Positions 61,250-64,000 of a DNA stretch of 64,000 bases are shown here, one piece after another (the stretch's first letter is position 1; every line of letters starts with the position of its first letter). The stretch is from Macrostomum lignano. Taxonomy: Eukaryota. The notes under the pieces are model-generated. The model searched no databases and was not told the origin of the DNA. It saw only the letters and a list, made by a program, of their open reading frames with translations. A program made the translations under genes and the position numbers. The stretch is from NCBI GenBank assembly GCA_002269645.1, contig NIVC01001062.1:124001-188000 (forward strand). The letters run 5' to 3'.

Positions 61250-62319
61250 GCTGACGAAAAATGTTGATACAAAAATTAACAAAGCAACCGCAATGTTCTA
61301 TCTATCTGATTCTATTTATTCCGACGAGAATTAAGAGAATAAAGTCTTCTCTGTTTCGAAAATTAAATTTCCGCCAAATAGGTTTGGTTTGACCAGTCTG
61401 CTTAGAATATATAGCGATAGCGACTCGGTTGGCCTTGACGACGGTCTTTTCTTTTCTAGCCTGCGGCGGGTCAGAGAGCCCGCTGAAGTGAATGGGCAGA
61501 GGGGCGGCGGGGGTAAAGAGGGAGCCCTGGTGGGGAAAGGGGTGGTGGGGCTGAGTGTACAGTGTACAATGTACACTCTATGATGCGTACACTCAATGTG
61601 TTAGTCCCCGCTTTTAGGCTAACGCGAGAAAGAAAGAAGGGTTTTTATATCTTTTAAGTAGTTTAATGTGTTGAACTGGCTACTCACAGATTGCATACCC
61701 CCTAGAACGTGATGAGCGACTATTGTACTCCGCCTAAACTATCATTAGGCACTGTATACTCGTATATATATATACACAGTTCGCGATTTAATCAGGCCGG
61801 TTGTATACTTTTGATGAATAATTAATTAGGCTAGCTAAAATTGGCTTGGCTTATCTTCATTGTAGGGTTTTCAATTAATTTCTTACGTTCTCAAATTGTT
61901 TGCTGGATTAGCTTTATATAGCCAAACTATAATCATACAGGATGATGAATAATGTAAAAGATTGGTTTGGGATTTTGTCGTCTCCTGTCTCCCGCCCAGA
62001 CATTCCCGTCCCCGTCTCTCCTTTTTAAATGGAAGTCAATTAATTAAGCGAGCCATTAATTAATTAAGAGTCGCACACATCATGTATACTAGATTATATT
62101 CAACAACTCGTAGCACTCTTACATTAAAAAATCTAAACAGCTTGCTTACTCAACTGAAATTTGCTTTGGAGTGGTTGAAGATTCCAGCGATAAAAATTGC
62201 ATACTTTCCATGCTACGAAGTATCATGTATCCCCTGATCAGTATCCTCTGCTCTGATCAAGTGATCAATATCCTCTGAATCACTTGCAAGCTCATTCTTA
62301 AGCTCTCTTCTAGCTGCTC

Positions 62320-62800
62320 CCTCTCCCTCTCAATCTCACTTTCATTTTTATGTCTATCTATCTCTCCATATCCCCCTCTCTCTCCCTCCTGGTTTTAAGC
62401 TCTTACACTCTTCCTATCCTTCTCCTTCCAAATCTTCCTCTCCATCTCCCTCTCCCTCCCCATATCCCTCTCCCTCTCCCTCTCCCTCTCCCTCTCCCTC
62501 TCCCTCTCCCTCTCCCTCTCTCTCTCCCTCTCCCTCTCCCTCTCCCTCCCCATATCCCTCTCCCTCTCCCTCTCCCTCTCCCTGTCCCTCTCTCTCTTCC
62601 TCTCCCTCTCCCTCTCCCTCCCCATATCCCTCTCCCTCTCCATCTCCCTGTCCCTCTCTCTCCCTCTCCCTCTCCCTCTCCCTCCCCATATCCCTCTCCC
62701 TCTCCCTCTCCCTCTCCCTCTCTCTCCCTCTCCGTCTCCCTCTCCCTCCCCATATCCCTCTCCTCCTCTCCCTCTTCCTCTCCATCTCCCTCTCCCTCTG
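62320..62800. repeat. (CTCTCC)n polypyrimidine tract
   Basis: Seen directly. Confidence 0.9.
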
Positions 62801-63953
62801 TATTTCACATTACGTCTCCATGTCACTTACTTTTCCGCCAAACCTATTTTCTTACCTCCATTATCCACGTCTGTTCTCTTTTTCTCCACCTCCGTCCAAC
62901 TACCACTTGATTTCTACATGTCTAAACTGTACATTGTGTACAACCAAGCAACCATGTCAAACCAAGCATGCAGCGGGCACAATAGCAAACGCACACAGGC
63001 TGCTACATTGTCTGTTTACTTTATGACTTGTTCATCTCAGTCCAACTGGTCCCAAGCATCTGCAGTCGTAACTGGTATGTAGCTTTATCGAAGTTCAATT
63101 CGTTTATCTCTGTCAAACGTGCATTCGCAAACATGCCCTACGATCTGGACCGTTTCTGCTCTTACTCAATCTCCATACTTCTTGTGTGGTCAGCCGTATA
63201 GTCAGATAGTAAATTGGCTCTTACCACTTAAGCTCTGGACAGCAGGGTCTCTTTGCTTTCGGTGTCGGATTGGCTGATTGGACGAACCTAAGCTGTCTCT
63301 CTCTCTCCGACCGTCTCCCCGGTTCGCGCGCAGATTCTAACACTTTTCCGCCTTCTTTCTTCTTCTATAGCCATAGTTGAAGCAAATACTAAATTAAGCC
63401 ATACAAGTATCTATCAGAATTATAACATGCGCATATTCAGTCGGCAAAACGAACACACCCACACTTTGCAGAGAGCCGAAAATTAAAGGCTTTAGTTGAA
63501 GTTTTAGTTGAATTGTTCAAACCTGCGGTCTGGTCACTATTTCGTAAGTTAGTGATTCTTTCGTGGTGGCTGAATCGGCCGCCACTTTGTCCTGTTGAGT
63601 GGCTATTGTCTATTGTGATAGAACTAATTGGAGTCAAGTCGCGGAATACAACTGATTAGAGATTTAGTATATGTGGACTAGCCCACCCCCAACGGGGAAA
63701 ACGAAGGGAAAAACTAAAAAAATTCTAACTTGGCATTTCAGCATTCCTTCTTCAGCCGTGGCATCTCAACATCTCCAAATTATTCGATTTTTTGAATCTT
63801 AGCGAGAACTGATTGAGTAGTGAGTAGTTGCAACACAATTGATTGTAACATTGATTGTGTTGCAAGAGGCGTTTGAAAAACAAACATTTCTTGAACCTCA
63901 AAACCTCAGTTTAACACTATAACTCATACATTCCCTGCAGCCTCGTTGTCACC

Positions 63954-64000
63954 ATGGCCTCAGCAGCGGCAGACAATGCTCCCCTGAATGGACAGCAGCA
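63954..64000 (+). CDS. Probable first coding bases of a gene running off the window (MASAAADNAPLNGQQ...)
   Basis: Acceptor-like ttccctgcag ends at 63940, strong Kozak gtcaccATGG at 63954, open to the window end. Too short to identify. Confidence 0.45.
   Translation, partial: MASAAADNAPLNGQQ

Overview
Eukaryotic (metazoan) genomic DNA with spliced genes. The style (short GT-AG introns packed with private minisatellites, poly-Ala/Gln runs, CpG-decayed transposon relics) suggests a free-living flatworm such as Macrostomum, but this is an inference. Six genes could be rebuilt by hand with phase-consistent splice junctions: (1) a 15-exon uncharacterised Cys-motif cell-surface protein, + strand, 3253-18415, 5' end unresolved and largely invisible to the ORF track; (2) mitochondrial NADP-isocitrate dehydrogenase, - strand; (3) malectin, + strand; (4) WASHC2/FAM21, - strand, 14 exons found, start exon missing; (5) a divergent PKA-catalytic-like kinase, + strand; (6) a Dpy-30-motif (DYDC-like) protein, - strand. 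A seventh gene probably starts at 63954. About 26 of 35 reconstructed introns carry their own tandem array, whereas the long intergenic gaps are CpG-depleted; one holds a dead Mutator-like transposase and another a long inverted-repeat element whose arms differ by TG/CA pairs. Most long ORFs in the supplied track are repeat artefacts. No rRNA, full tRNA, CRISPR or prokaryotic system was seen, and I cannot claim a clearly new biological system. The best leads are the intron-minisatellite pattern, a possible antisense nested gene, the uncharacterised surface protein, and the divergent kinase lying tail-to-tail with a D/D-fold protein.
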